This document shows positions 1 through 13,655 of a DNA stretch of 64,000 bases, one piece after another. Source of the stretch: Eledone cirrhosa. Its lineage: Eukaryota. The notes below the pieces were generated by a model. It searched no databases. It was given only the letters and a program-made list of their open reading frames with translations, and had not been told where the DNA came from. The stretch lies in NCBI GenBank assembly GCA_964016885.1, contig OZ024760.1, forward strand, positions 8,618,001 through 8,682,000, read 5' to 3'. A program made the translations under genes and the position numbers. Positions within the stretch are counted from its first letter, which is position 1; each line of letters starts with the position of its first letter.

Positions 1-19
1 GAGTTAGAATAGTCTACAA

Positions 20-359
20 CAGAGGTTCTCAAAATTTTCGGCCACCGCCCCCCTCACGGCCACGTAATACTCTCAGCACCCCCACCTCTATTTCCAGAGA
101 CCTACCTTCACGCAAATTGTAAATAATATATAATACATAAAATCGTTAATATATATATATAATAAATAATATAATATATACTATGTATAAATAAATATAT
201 TTTTTTTTATTCTATTATATCTCTCTATATATATCATTTGATATTTAATGTACTATTATATCATCTCTACCGACATCTGCTCAAGCGCCCTCTGGACCTT
301 CTCAACGCCCCGGGGGGGGGGGGGGGGGGGAGAGGTAGTACCAACTTTCAGAACCTCTG
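20..359. mobile_element. hAT-type (Charlie/Buster-like) MITE
   Basis: TIRs cagaggttctcaaa (20-33) and tttcagaacctctg (346-359, 1 mismatch); 8-bp TSD gtctacaa (12-19) / gtcaacaa (360-367). Confidence 0.8.
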
Positions 360-1129
360 GTCAACAATAAGACTAAGAATTTTAGCTGTAAGGTGGCTTG
401 GACATCCTTTGGATCTTGGTGTGCGCCAATATTTTAAAGACACAAGTTTTCTGGTGAAGTTGTACGTTATCGTAGGATAAGCAACCAGATGAGTGTTTTA
501 AGGGAGTAGTGATAAACTTTGAAAACACATAGACAGTGATACAAAGAGAAATTTCTAATACAGCGTTTTCGTAGGCGCCTTGGTGCTGATAGGGAGATTT
601 AGGGAAAATTTGGGGTTATTTCTAGTTTGCAGGTGAGAGACATATGATTTTGAAATTGAACTTATTTGCTTTAAGGTAATAGAAGCTTAATGTATTTAAG
701 AAAAATGCAAAAAATATAGAATAAAAAAAGAGAGGTGGGTCATTGGAAAGCGTATGATTTGAACTCATTTTAATTCATTCTTAATTTTATTTATTTGCTT
801 GAGATCTAAGTAAGTTTTGGTATGCTGCATTTGCCATGAAGTAGTATTTTTTGTAAAAGTAAGGGGTGTGTGATTTTACATTGAAATTGCTAGAACTTTA
901 AACTGTATGCTATGATGGTCTACTTAGAATTTAGCTTTCTTTAGAGGAGATAAAATTCTATAAACCTTTGTTGGTTTTATATTGACTGTTACTTGAGCGG
1001 AGATATCGGAGTTTAGTTCCAAAGTACTGATTCTCTTACTTTGTCGGCAGCAACCAGACAAAACGATGGGTAAGTCTTGTTTCGTTACAGTTTTTGCTGT
1101 TCTCTGATTATGTGATTGTATATTTTTTG

Positions 1130-1167
<38 letters not shown>

Positions 1168-1168
<1 letters not shown>

Positions 1169-1664
1169 ATAATAATAAAATTGAAGACTAAAATCCAAAG
1201 AGGGCTCGATAAGGAAAATATATATCAAATATATAAGAACCGTAGAGCAAATATTTATTAAAATAGCAGATTAAAGTTTAAGCAAAGAATCGCTGCTTTC
1301 ACCCTTAACGGGATCTTCTGAAACTAACAAAGTCAATCTGTAAACGCAGAACTGGATATTTCAAAAAACATTGCAACCGGAGGAAGACAGGAAGACGATA
1401 CTTTGGTTCGTGGTGACGTTCGCTGGCAAAGAACGGGAAAAAACAAGTAATACGTCATTAATAGGAGACGTATTATTCGTTTTTTCCCGTTCTTTGCCAG
1501 CGAACGTTACCACGAACCAAAGTATCGTCTTCCTGTCTTCCTCCGGTTGCAACGTTTTTTGAAATATCCAGTTCTGCGTTTACAGATTGACTTTGTTAGT
1601 TTCAGAAGATCCCGTTAAGGGTGAAAGCAGCGATTCTTTGCTTAAACTTTAATCTGTTATTTTA

Positions 1665-1672
<8 letters not shown>
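1168..1672. mobile_element. Penelope-like pLTR fold-back insertion (~420-bp near-perfect palindrome 1251-1672 plus a tail)
   Basis: Arms 1251-1456 and 1467-1672 are reverse complements (loop attaatagga); flanked by (TA)n; arm sequence recurs at 7157-7220 next to a PLE GIY-YIG remnant; degenerate hammerhead-like cagaaga-tccc..aggg-t-gaaa. Confidence 0.7.
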
Positions 1673-1712
<40 letters not shown>

Positions 1713-1763
1713 ATATATTATGCTTGTATATTTTAATTAATCTATATTGTGGTTTGCATTCGA

Positions 1764-1800
<37 letters not shown>

Positions 1801-1803
<3 letters not shown>

Positions 1804-1890
1804 GAGCCTCGCGAGATGGAATGGCTCTTCCAGCGAATCTCCCTTACCATCCTCCGGGGAAACGCCTTCTCCATTCTGTCCGCCGGGGCT
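1801..1890 (+). mobile_element. CRE-clade-like non-LTR retrotransposon 3' ORF remnant
   Basis: Translates EPREMEWLFQRISLTILRGNAFSILSAG, resembling the LFQRxSxxIxRGNA C-terminal motif of RLE-bearing CRE elements. Confidence 0.55.
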
Positions 1891-2659
1891 GTGGGGAGGC
1901 CAGCACGTGGGACCCCATTTGCTCACCACACAGAGAGATGGGGAGGGCGAGAGAGATGGAGGCGATGACAGTGGGAGTTCGGCTCTTTCACGTTCGGACC
2001 ATATCCTTGTGGTTGAGTGAAAATAACGGTAGTGTGTAATCAAGATTTAGATTCGAGATTTAAGAAATAGAACCCAGTTAACAGCGTAAATAAGGGATTA
2101 CTACTTTTATTAGCTATCTTATATATGCTGAAATTTAAACCCTAGAAACTTCAGTCAAAATGACACCGAGATTTATACCTTTTGCGTCACCTTTTGGTTA
2201 TAGTATTTTCTGATATCACATTTATATTTTTCATCATGGATTCATTTCGTTTATTTCTAAATAAATTTGATTATTTTCTGTTTGGTTTTTGTGTTATGGA
2301 ATAGGAACCAGGCTTCTTGTATTCTTCATCTTATAGTCGTTTTGCTCTTTTTTTTCTTTAATATTGTATTTAATCTTAATTATGTTTTACATTCGAGTAT
2401 GTATAATATGTTAATTTGAAACCTGGGTACTCGATCACGTCGTCTTGAGGGGAATTGCTTAAGAGATTAAAGTCAAGTTTATACTGAAGGTGGGACACGG
2501 CTTATTACGTAATGGGGCTGTAGTCGCTGCAGGAAATAATAGATATTGCTTAATGTCTATTCTTATACAGAAACTGTGTAATTTGACGGCTGCAGCTTGA
2601 AGAAGTCTGTTTCCACCATACTCATATTTAGAGTGGGTTAGGGATTGGGAAATATGTAG

Positions 2660-2840
2660 GATGTCTGAGGTAGGGATTATGGGAGGGGGGGGGTCTTAGT
2701 TCTAATATAAACATTTAGTTTATGATTGGCTTTGTTTTTACGAATGTAATTTTTCCGACTTTGGAATCCGATGATCTTGTACACTAGAAACTTTGTTTTC
2801 CGATTGCACTATTTATGTATAGAACATTCAATGATTGCTT
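2660..2840 (-). mobile_element. highly degenerate PLE GIY-YIG-like remnant
   Basis: Minus strand reads C..KTKFLVYKII...RKNYI, resembling the PLE endonuclease xVY.....YIG motif; stops present. Confidence 0.3.
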
Positions 2841-2980
2841 GCTTTTGTTCTATGTGTATGTATATAGTGTATATATGTGAAGTGTAAGTGTATGTATATT
2901 TAGGGTAGTTATCGATGGTGAATGAACTGGTTGGAGCAATAACGGTCTTGTTTACGTACATACCGTCTATAAATAAATAC

Positions 2981-3024
<44 letters not shown>

Positions 3025-3496
3025 CATCTCTAAAAGTGTTTACAACAACAGGACAAGTTTATATATTATATTCTCAGTTTTCTTTGTTTTCTGATTCGTC
3101 ACCGGACGACTGGTCGGTGTCATTTGATAGTTGTCACCGTTGTAAATTATTTCCTATCAGATGGTCACCGCTCACCCACCACGTCCGTGATGACGTCAGG
3201 CAAATGTATTTTCGCCAAGGCGTCAATGTGAATATCATTAACCGGAGCAAACATTCCACACTGGTGGTATTTTGGGGATCAGAGAGAGAGGGGGGGAGAG
3301 GGGGAAAGAGGAGGATAGAGACGTGTATGTATGTATATAAAAATGTGTGTGTGTGTGTAGGGGTTATAATAGGAACGCTGGTGAGGTGCTGGTCGGTGTG
3401 TATGTGGGAGAGAGGAACAGGATTTTATTTTAGATAATTGGGATCTGTTTATATATATATATATACACATACATACATACATCTCTCTCCCTCTCT

Positions 3497-3535
<39 letters not shown>

Positions 3536-3563
3536 CCCACACACACATAATGAACGTATGTAC

Positions 3564-3598
<35 letters not shown>

Positions 3599-3692
3599 CC
3601 CACACACACGCAATACACACGCGCGTGTGTAGGGAGTGTGTGTGCGTGTGCGTGTGTGTGTGCGTGTGTGTGTATGGGTGTGTGTGGGTGTG

Positions 3693-3769
<77 letters not shown>

Positions 3770-4129
3770 TTGTGTATGTGTAGTGGTTATGTCGTTAGAA
3801 AGAAGGTATAAACCCTTTTGTGTTCACATCTCTCTCCTGTTACCGGAAAATTTCGTCAGAGAGATATTAGGTGGACCTCAGTCGCTTTCGATGGTGAGTC
3901 TTCTAGTTATTCTACCAGCGGAATTACCTGCTCATGAAATTAGACAGCTAGTGACTGAGCATTCCATAGAGACATGTACTTCTAAAGAAATTCTCAGGGA
4001 GATTCGGTGTGTGACAAGGAAGGTCACGAGTATTACAGCTGGTTTCTATCCGAAGGCTTCCAAATAGATTCTGTCTACCAGTTTTACTCACACGACCTGG
4101 AAAAAAAAAAACGTTGGAAGATCTGTGTG

Positions 4130-7021
4130 ACTTCCCAGGAGGTAGCAGCTTGTAATTTCGTGTACCAGCCAAGCTCATGGATGTTATCCAATCATCTTGC
4201 ACGGGGTCTACCCCTGGGTCTCTTTCCTGTTGGTTTTGCCCGTAAAATCTGTCCAGCAATTCTTTCCTGAGACATTCTAACCACATGCCCATAGTATCAG
4301 AGCTGTGATCTCTCGCCTGTTGGTTTTGCCCGTAAAATCTGTCCAGCGATTCTTTCCTGAGACATTCTAACCACATGCCCATAGTATCAGAGCTGTGATC
4401 TCTCGCCTGTTGGTTTTGCCCGTAAAATCTGTCCAGCAATTCTTTCCTGAGACATTCTAACCACATGCCCATAGTATCAGAGCTGTGATCTCTCGCCTGT
4501 TGGTTTTGCCCGTAAAATCTGTCCAGCGATTCTTTCCTGAGACATTCTAACCACATGCCCATAGTATCAGAGCTGTGATCTCTCGCCTGTTGGTTTTGCC
4601 CGTAAAATCTGTCCAGCGATTCTTTCCTGAGACATTCTAACCACATGCCCATAGTATCAGAGCTGTGATCTCTCGCCTGTTGGTTTTGCCCGTAAAATCT
4701 GTCCAGCGATTCTTTCCTGAGACATTCTAACCACATGCCCATAGTATCAGAGCTGTGATCTCTCGCCTGTTGGTTTTGCCCGTAAAATCTGTCCAGCGAT
4801 TCTTTCCTGAGACATTCTAACCACATGCCCATAGTATCAGAGCTGTGATCTCTCGCCTGTTGGTTTTGCCCGTAAAATCTGTCCAGCGATTCTTTCCTGA
4901 GACATTCTAACCACATGCCCATAGTATCAGAGCTGTGATCTCTCGCCTGTTGGTTTTGCCCGTAAAATCTGTCCAGCAATTCTTTCCTGAAACATTCTAA
5001 CCACATGCCCATAGTATCAGAGCTGTGATCTCTCGCCTGTTGGTTTTGCCCGTAAAATCTGTCCAGCAATTCTTTCCTGAGACATTCTCACCACATGCCC
5101 ATAGTATCAGAGCTGTGATCTCTCGCCTGTTGGTTTTGCCCGTAAAATCTGTCCAGCAATTCTTTCCTGAGACATTCTAACCACATGCCCATAGTATCAG
5201 AGCTGTGATCTCTCGCCTGTTGGTTTTGCCCGTAAAATCTGTCCAGCAATTCTTTCCTGAGACATTCTAACCACATGCCCATAGTATCAGAGCTGTGATC
5301 TCTCGCCTGTTGGTTTTGCCCGTAAAATCTGTCCAGCAATTCTTTCCTGAGACATTCTAACCACATGCCCATAGTATCAGAGCTGTGATCTCTCGCCTGT
5401 TGGTTTTGCCCGTAAAATCTGTCCAGCGATTCTTTCCTGAGACATTCTAACCACATGCCCATAGTATCAGAGCTGTGATCTCTCGCCTGTTGGTTTTGCC
5501 CGTAAAATCTGTCCAGCGATTCTTTCCTGAGACATTCTAACCACATGCCCATAGTATCAGAGCTGTGATCTCTCGCCTGTTGGTTTTACCCGTAAAATCT
5601 GTCCAGCGATTCTTTCCTGAGACATTCTAACCACATGCCCATAGTATCAGAGCTGTGATCTCTCGCCTGTTGGTTTTGCCCGTAAAATCTGTCCAGCGAT
5701 TCTTTCCTGAGACATTCTAACCACATGCCCATAGTATCGGAGCTGTGATCTCTCGCCTGTTGGTTTTGCCCGTAAAATCTGTCCAGCGATTCTTTCCTGA
5801 GACATTCTAACCACATGCCCATAGTATCAGAGCTGTAATCTCTCGCCTGTTGGTTTTGCCCGTAAAATCTGTCCAGCGATTCTTTCCTGAGACATTCTAA
5901 CCACATGCCCATAGTATCAGAGCTGTGATCTCTCGCCTGTTGGTTTTGCCCGTAAAATCTGTCCAGCAATTCTTTCCTGAGACATTCTAACCACATGCCC
6001 ATAGTATCAGAGCTGTGATCTCTCGCCTGTTGGTTTTGCCCGTAAAATCTGTCCAGCAATTCTTTCCTGAGACATTCTAACCACATGCCCATAGTATCGG
6101 AGCTGTGATCTCTCGCCTGTTGGTTTTGCCCGTAAAATCTGTCCAGCAATTCTTTCCTGAGACATTCTAACCACATGCCCATAGTATCAGAGCTGTGATC
6201 TCTCGCCTGTTGGTTTTGCCCGTAAAATCTGTCCAGCAATTCTTTCCTGAAACATTCTAACCACATGCCCATAGTATCAGAGCTGTGATCTCTCGCCTGT
6301 TGGTTTTGCCCGTAAAATCTGTCCAGCAATTCTTTCCTGAGACATTCTAACCACATGCCCATAGTATCAGAGCTGTGATCTCTCGCCTGTTGGTTTTGCC
6401 CGTAAAATCTGTCCAGCAATTATTTCCTGAGACATTCTAACCACATGCCCATAGTATCAGAGCTGTGATCTCTCGCCTGTTGGTTTTGCCCGTAAAATCT
6501 GTCCAGCAATTCTTTCCTGAAACATTCTAACCACATGCCCATAGTATCAGAGCTGTGATCTCTCGCCTGTTGGTTTTGCCCGTAAAATCTGTCCAGCAAT
6601 TCTTTCCTGAAACATTCTAACCACATGCCCATAGTATCGGAGCTGTGATCTCTTAATCCGGAGAAGTAGCGGCTCTACCTGGAGTGACTCTCTGGTATTC
6701 GAGTTACGCACTCTATCGAGTAACTTTACTCCAAAGACTATTCGGAGGAATCCCACTTCAGCCCACTTGTGTTCGCGATCGTATTCTTTTGGTCATTACC
6801 CAAGATTCATGACCAGAGGTAAGGGTTGACACAAATACCGAATCGAAGATAGCGAGTTTAGCTTTTACACCTACCTTCCTTCTTCTCATTAGCGAATTCT
6901 GAAACTGACGCATTTCTGCATGAGTTCCTGCAATTCTTGCATTTAATTCAGCCTCCTGCTTTCCATCACTTGTGAACACGACCCCGAGATACTTGAACCT
7001 CTCTACCTGCTTCAGTGGAAC
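4130..7021 (-). mobile_element. RTE-clade LINE 3' part, 5'-truncated, with internal tandem expansion
   Basis: [21 protein letters not shown]...HESWVMT...RVRNS...RSQLRYYGHVVRM...KRPRGRPRAR, typical RTE RT C-terminal region; frameshifted. Confidence 0.9.
4221..6653. repeat. 90-bp tandem array (~27 near-identical copies) derived from RTE coding sequence
   Basis: Unit tctttcctgagacattctaaccacatgcccatagtatcagagctgtgatctctcgcctgttggttttgcccgtaaaatctgtccagc(a/g)at; both ends continue in register into the RTE ORF. Confidence 0.97.
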
Positions 7022-7046
7022 ATATATATATGAATATGCATATATA

Positions 7047-7106
<60 letters not shown>

Positions 7107-7114
7107 TATATACA

Positions 7115-7156
<42 letters not shown>

Positions 7157-7162
<6 letters not shown>

Positions 7163-7765
7163 TAACAAATTAAAGTTTAAGCAAATAATCGCTTCTTTCA
7201 CCCTTAACGGGATCTTCTAAAAAAAAAAAATATATATATATATATGGAATGTAGAAAAGTGACACACGATAGGAGATCTATTTTAGGGTTAAGGGGAGAG
7301 AAATTGAGGTTGAACATTGAAGATGGCTATATGGGATCATAGACCTTGTTAGAGAATGGGCATGGAAGCCTATGTTGGCAATTTATTACTTTTTCATCCC
7401 TATTATTAATAAGTGTAGGAGGGGAGCTATATAATATAATATGCTTCCATCAGACACAAATGGCAATTCTTCTTAAACTTATAAGATGCTTCTCTGTCTA
7501 TTATCCTCCATTGGGTTGTGTAACTAGTGTTAGATTCTATTAGTTGAGTGATATAGTTTGCGAGAGAGGTCGAGAACTTGAGTCTTTTTTAAACGAATTT
7601 TTAAACGAATTTGGGTGGGTTCTAAATATGGTTTTGAAATCATTAGAGGTAGACTCTATGTAAAATTTAGTACTATTAACAGCAGTGACTGTGCATTTAT
7701 ATATCACATTACTAACTAGGCAGTGACCTTGAAGTGGACAGTTGCTAGGGGTCCTACAATTACAC
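7157..7765 (-). mobile_element. Penelope-like element 3' end (GIY-YIG endonuclease remnant plus pLTR piece)
   Basis: [26 protein letters not shown]...KFYIESTSNDFK...H..SF then WRII...CHLCLMEAYYI....LINNRDE...CQH, matching the PLE GIY-YIG C-terminus. Confidence 0.85.
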
Positions 7766-7774
7766 ACACACACA

Positions 7775-7953
7775 CATATATATATATATATTTATATCAA
7801 TATATATATATATATTTGTATATATATTTGTATATATATTTATATATATATATATATATATTTATATGAATATATATATATATTTATATGAATATATATA
7901 TTTATATGAATATATATATATATTATATGAATATATATATTTATATGAATATA

Positions 7954-8007
<54 letters not shown>

Positions 8008-8695
8008 TATATATATATATATATATGAATATATATATATATATATATGAATATATATATATTTATATGAATATATATATATATTCATATAAATATATAT
8101 ATATATATATGAATATATATATATATATGAATATATATATATATATGAATATATATATATATATATGAATATATATATTTATATGAATATATATATATAT
8201 TTATATGAATATATATATATATATATATATATGAATATATATATATTTATATGAATATATATATATATTCATATAAATATATATATATATATATGAATAT
8301 ATATATATATATGAATATATATATATATATGAATATATATATATATATATGAATATATATATTTATATGAATATATATATATATATATGAATATATATAT
8401 ATTTATATGAATATATATATATATATATGAATATATATATATTTATATAAATATATATATATATATATGAATATATATATATATATGAATATATATATAT
8501 TTATATGTATATATATATATTTATATGTATATATATATATTTATATGTATATATATATATTTATATGAATATATATATATATATATATATGAATATATAT
8601 ATATATGAATATATATATATATATATATGAATATATATATATATATATAAATATATATATATGAATATATATATATTTATATGAATATATATATA

Positions 8696-8760
<65 letters not shown>
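7775..8760. repeat. (TA)n / (ATATGA) compound microsatellite
   Basis: Direct inspection. Confidence 0.95.
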
Positions 8761-8762
<2 letters not shown>

Positions 8763-8958
8763 ATAATAATTGTTTCTACTTTCGGTACAAGGCCAGCAAA
8801 TACCCAGTACATTACTGGTACTTTATTTTATCCTAATAATAATTGTTTCTACTTTTGGCACAAGGCCATCGTAATAATAATAAATGGAAAGACTAAAATC
8901 CAAAGAGGGTTCGATAAGGATAAATATATATCTGTTATTTTAATATATATATATATAT

Positions 8959-9413
8959 GTAAAAGTTCTATTTAAATTGTTGGGATACAAAAAGCAAATA
9001 TTTTTATAACTGATATAAAGCACTCAACAAATATTTATATATATATATATACGATATTAACAAATCGAAACTATATTTATAAAACCATATTTATTTCATT
9101 ATACATATTTCAAGGACACCAAGTTAAATTATGGTTTGCTTTCATCAGATAAAATATAATATAGATCAGTTTTATAAATAAATATTGACATACCTTTAAA
9201 AAATGCAACCATTACTGTTGGAAGCTGCCGGGAGCTTCCAACAGTAATGGTTGCATTTTTTAAGGGTATGTCAATATTTATTTATAAAACTGATCTATAT
9301 TATATTATATTTTATCTGATGAAAGCACACCATAATTTAACTTGGTGTCCTTGAAATATGTATAATGAAATAAATATGGTTTTATAAATATAGTGTCCAT
9401 TTGTTAATATCGT
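8959..9413. mobile_element. PLE-type fold-back insertion (palindrome 9051-9413) carrying a hammerhead on each arm
   Basis: Arms 9051-9226 and 9233-9413 reverse complementary; left tail 8959-9030 resembles 56473-56545; flanked by (TA)n. Confidence 0.8.
9308..9372 (+). ncRNA. minimal type I hammerhead ribozyme (mirror copy on minus strand ~9093-9157)
   Basis: Stem I tattttat/atgaaata; CTGATGA 9316-9322; stem II cacca..tggtg; GAAA 9353-9356; short stem III tatgta; TA cleavage site. Confidence 0.75.
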
Positions 9414-9534
9414 ATATATATATATATATATATATTTATATGAATATATATATATGAATATATATATATATATTTATTTATATTTATATGAATATTTATA
9501 TATATGTGAACATATATATTTATTTATATTTACA

Positions 9535-9574
<40 letters not shown>

Positions 9575-9856
9575 TTTCTTATTGTTGTTAGCTTTTCGTC
9601 GATTCAGGAGTCAATAAAATAAAGTAGCAGTAATGTACTGGGGTGGTTATTGCCGGCCCTTAGCCTATCTTAGAAGCCATTCCTCTTAAGTAGTGTTATC
9701 AGGTGGCTACAGTGGCGACATGTTAGTCATTTCTAACTTTACTTACTCTAACACTAAAGAACGACTTCCGGATCATTTCACTGATGGCGACAGCAACAAT
9801 ATTTTCAACGTTCACACACGATTGGTTGGTACGATAATACCCCCCCCCCCCATGTC

Positions 9857-9866
9857 CACACACACA

Positions 9867-9943
<77 letters not shown>

Positions 9944-10129
9944 GCATACACACACACAGAGACACACACACACAGGCACACACACACACACACACAAACA
10001 GGCATACACACACACATGCACACACACAAACAGGCTTACACACACATAGGCACACACACACACACACATACACAAACAGGCACACCCACACATACACAAA
10101 CAGGCACACACACACACATACACAAACAG

Positions 10130-10165
<36 letters not shown>

Positions 10166-10264
10166 CCAGATTTAACAATGGGAGGGGTCATAATATTAAG
10201 AGGGGAGACAGTCACACATTGTAGGAGTCACATTCACCTCCCTATATATATATATGTGTGTGTG

Positions 10265-10300
<36 letters not shown>

Positions 10301-10380
10301 TATGTATGTGTATGTATATATGTGTGTGTATATATATATATACACACACATATATATGTATTTATGTACGTATACACACG

Positions 10381-10419
<39 letters not shown>

Positions 10420-10542
10420 ACACTCATACATATGTACATACATGCTTGCATACATGCATAGATACGTATATACATATATACATACACTTAGACATAGTTA
10501 CATATTTACATACATAAATACGTACACAGATACATTGTTACA

Positions 10543-10576
<34 letters not shown>

Positions 10577-11148
10577 CATACATACATACATACATACATA
10601 CATACATGCATGCATGCATGCATGCATGCATGCATGCATGCATGCATACATGCATGCATGCATGCATGCATACATGCATGCATACATGCATATACATACA
10701 TACATACATACATGCATATACATACATACATACATGCATATATATATACATACATACATACATGCATATATATACATACATACATACATGCATATATATA
10801 CATACATACATACATACATGCATATATATACATACATACATACATGCATATATATACATACATACATACATGCATATATATACATACATACATACATGCA
10901 TATATATACATACATACGTGCATACAGATACATTCATATACACATACATACATACATACATTTATATACATACATACGTGCATACATATACATTCATATG
11001 CATACACATACATACACATACAAACATACACATACACACACATACATACATACATACACATACATACATACACATACAAACACAAACATACACATACATA
11101 CATATACATACACATACAAACATACACATACACACATACATACACATA
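9857..11148. repeat. (CA)n, (TA)n, (TACA)n, (TGCA)n microsatellite block
   Basis: Direct inspection. Confidence 0.95.
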
Positions 11149-11514
11149 TGGAGAAGTAGGTGATAAAAGATTGATTTAAATGAACTGATATGAAATATTG
11201 GCTGCTCTCTTCCCACCACCGTCGCCAGGGTTTATTGCCAAACAACGTGGAACGAATGATGAGGTATTTTATCAGAACAGACCACCTCGATATGGCTGCT
11301 GGGACACCTGTCATTTCATTTCATCACCCACGAAGCTGATACATCTTACTAACTAATCAGCCAAGCAGACAAACAGACAAGCAGACGACATGATAACCAA
11401 CTAGCTGACCAGACGACCAGCCGAACAGCCAATCACGAGAGTCAATTCTATAAGTTACACACCTATCATCCAGGATGTAGGTTGAGTATCTCAAACTCAA
11501 GGACTCAAAACGGG

Positions 11515-12740
11515 AGAGGCATGAAGGCCATTACATCTTCAGAGGGTGGGGGTGAAAGACATGGAGGTCATTACATCTGGTGAGAGAGGGGAGGGGGAGA
11601 GAGGCACGGAGATGAGAGAGGTATGGAGGTCATTACATCTTGAGAGAGGGGGAGAGAGGCACGGAGGTGAGAGAGGTATGGAGGTCATTACATCTTGAGA
11701 GAGGGGGAGAGAGGCACGGAGGTGAGAGAGAGTGGGGAGGGGAGAGAGGTATGGAGGTCATTACATCTTGATAGAGGGGGAGAGAGGTATGGAGGTCATT
11801 ACATCTTGAGAGAGGGGGGAGAGAGGCACAGAGGTGAGAGAGAGTGGGGAGGGGGGAGAGGTATGGAGGTCATTACATCTTGATAGAGGGGGAGAGAGGT
11901 ATGGAGGTCATTACATCTTGAGAGAGGGGGAGAGAGGCACGGAGGTGAGAGAGAGTGGGGGAGAGAGGTATGGAGGTCATTACATCTTGATAGAGGGGGA
12001 GAGAGGTATGGAGGTCATTACATCTTGAGAGAGGGGGAGAGAGGCACGGAGGTGAGAGAGAGTGGGGAGAGAGGTATGGAGGTCATTACATCTTGAGAGA
12101 GGGGGAGAGAGGTATGGAGGTCATTACATCTTGAGAGAGGGGGAGAGAGGCACGGAGGTGAGAGAGAGTGGGGGAGAGAGGTATGGAGGTCATTACATCT
12201 TGAGAGAGGGGGAGAGAGGTATGGAGGTCATTACATCTTGAGAGAGGGGGAGAGAGGCACGGAGGTGAGAGAGAGTGGGGGAGAGAGGTATGGAGGTCAT
12301 TACATCTTGATAGAGGGAGAGAGAGGTATGGAGGTCATTACATCTTGAGAGAGGGGGAGAGAGGCACGGAGGTGAGAGAGGTATGGAGGTCATTACATCT
12401 TGAGAGAGGGGGAGAGAGGTATGGAGGTCATTACATCTTGAGAGAGGGGGAGAGAGGCACGGAGGTGAGAGAGGTATGGAGGTCATTACATCTTGATAGA
12501 GGGGGAGAGAGGTATGGAGGTCATTACATCTTGAGAGAGGGGGAGAGAGGCACGGAGGTGAGAGAGGTATGGAGGTCATTACATCTTGATAGAGGGAGAG
12601 AGAGGTATGGAGGTCATTACATCTTGAGAGAGGGGGAGAGAGGTATGGAGGTCATTACATCTTGAGAGAGGGGGAGAGAGGCACGGAGGTGAGAGAGAGT
12701 AGGGGGGAGAGAGGTAGGGAGGTCATTACATCTTGATGTA
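11515..12740. repeat. purine-rich minisatellite, core gagaggtatggaggtcattacatcttga with variable GA-rich linkers
   Basis: Core repeated more than 20 times with alternating linker variants. Confidence 0.95.
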
Positions 12741-12767
12741 AACTTTTACAAAGAGAGAGAGAGGGGC

Positions 12768-12805
<38 letters not shown>

Positions 12806-12863
12806 AATATACACAAGATTCTTTGATTGAAATTTAGACATCAACTAGGTAAATACATATGTA

Positions 12864-12899
<36 letters not shown>

Positions 12900-13025
12900 C
12901 GTGTGTATGTGTGCAGGTATGGGTGTTATTACATGTGTGGATCTGTATGTTTTAAGTTGTATGTGTACATGTGTATATGTTTCTGTAGTACCTCTACATG
13001 TGTACATGCAGTTATTACCTGCTGA

Positions 13026-13655
13026 GGGCGGTGGGTTGGCAGTATCGGTGGAGGGTCGGACGCCATGTTAGAGCGGTGGGTTGGCAGTATCGGTAGAGGG
13101 TCGGACACCATGTTAGGGCGGTGGATTGGCAGTATCGGTGGAGGGTCGGACACCATGTTAGGGCGGTGGATTGGCAGTATCGGTAGAGGGTCAGACACCA
13201 TGTTAGGGCGGTGGATTGGCAGTATCAGTGGAGGGTCGGACACCATGTTAGGGCGGTGGATTGGCAGTATCGGTGGAGGGTCGGACACCATGTTAGGGCG
13301 GTGGATTGGCAGTATCGGTAGAGGGTCAGACACCATGTTAGGGCGGTGGATTGGCAGTATCGGTGGAGGGTCGGACACCATGTTAGGGCGGTGGATTGGC
13401 AGTATCGGTGGAGGGTCGGACACCATGTTAGGGCGGTGGATTGGCAGTATCGGTAGAGGGTCAGACACCATGTTAGGGCGGTGGATTGGCAGTATCGGTG
13501 GAGGGTCAGACACCATGTTAGGGCGGTGGTTTGGCAGTATCGGTAGAGGGTCAGACACCATGTTAGGGCGGTGGATTGGCAGTATCGGTAGAGGGTCGGA
13601 CGCCATGTTAGGGCGGTGGATTGGCAGTATCGGTAGAGGGTCAGACACCATGTTA
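13026..13655 (+). repeat. 14 tandem copies of the 45-bp SINE 5' head (A-box)
   Basis: Unit gggcggtggattggcagtatcggt(g/a)gagggtc(g/a)gacaccatgtta matches the SINE 5' end seen at 43282; the 15th unit runs on into a full SINE. Confidence 0.95.

Noticed and set aside
1361-1562. Pair of near-identical 63-aa ORFs on opposite strands
   Set aside because: A by-product of the DNA palindrome; no recognisable protein motif
4221-6653. CRISPR-like array or repeat-protein gene (373/277-aa ORFs)
   Set aside because: No unique spacers; the unit is RTE coding sequence read in an alternative frame; no cas genes; eukaryotic context
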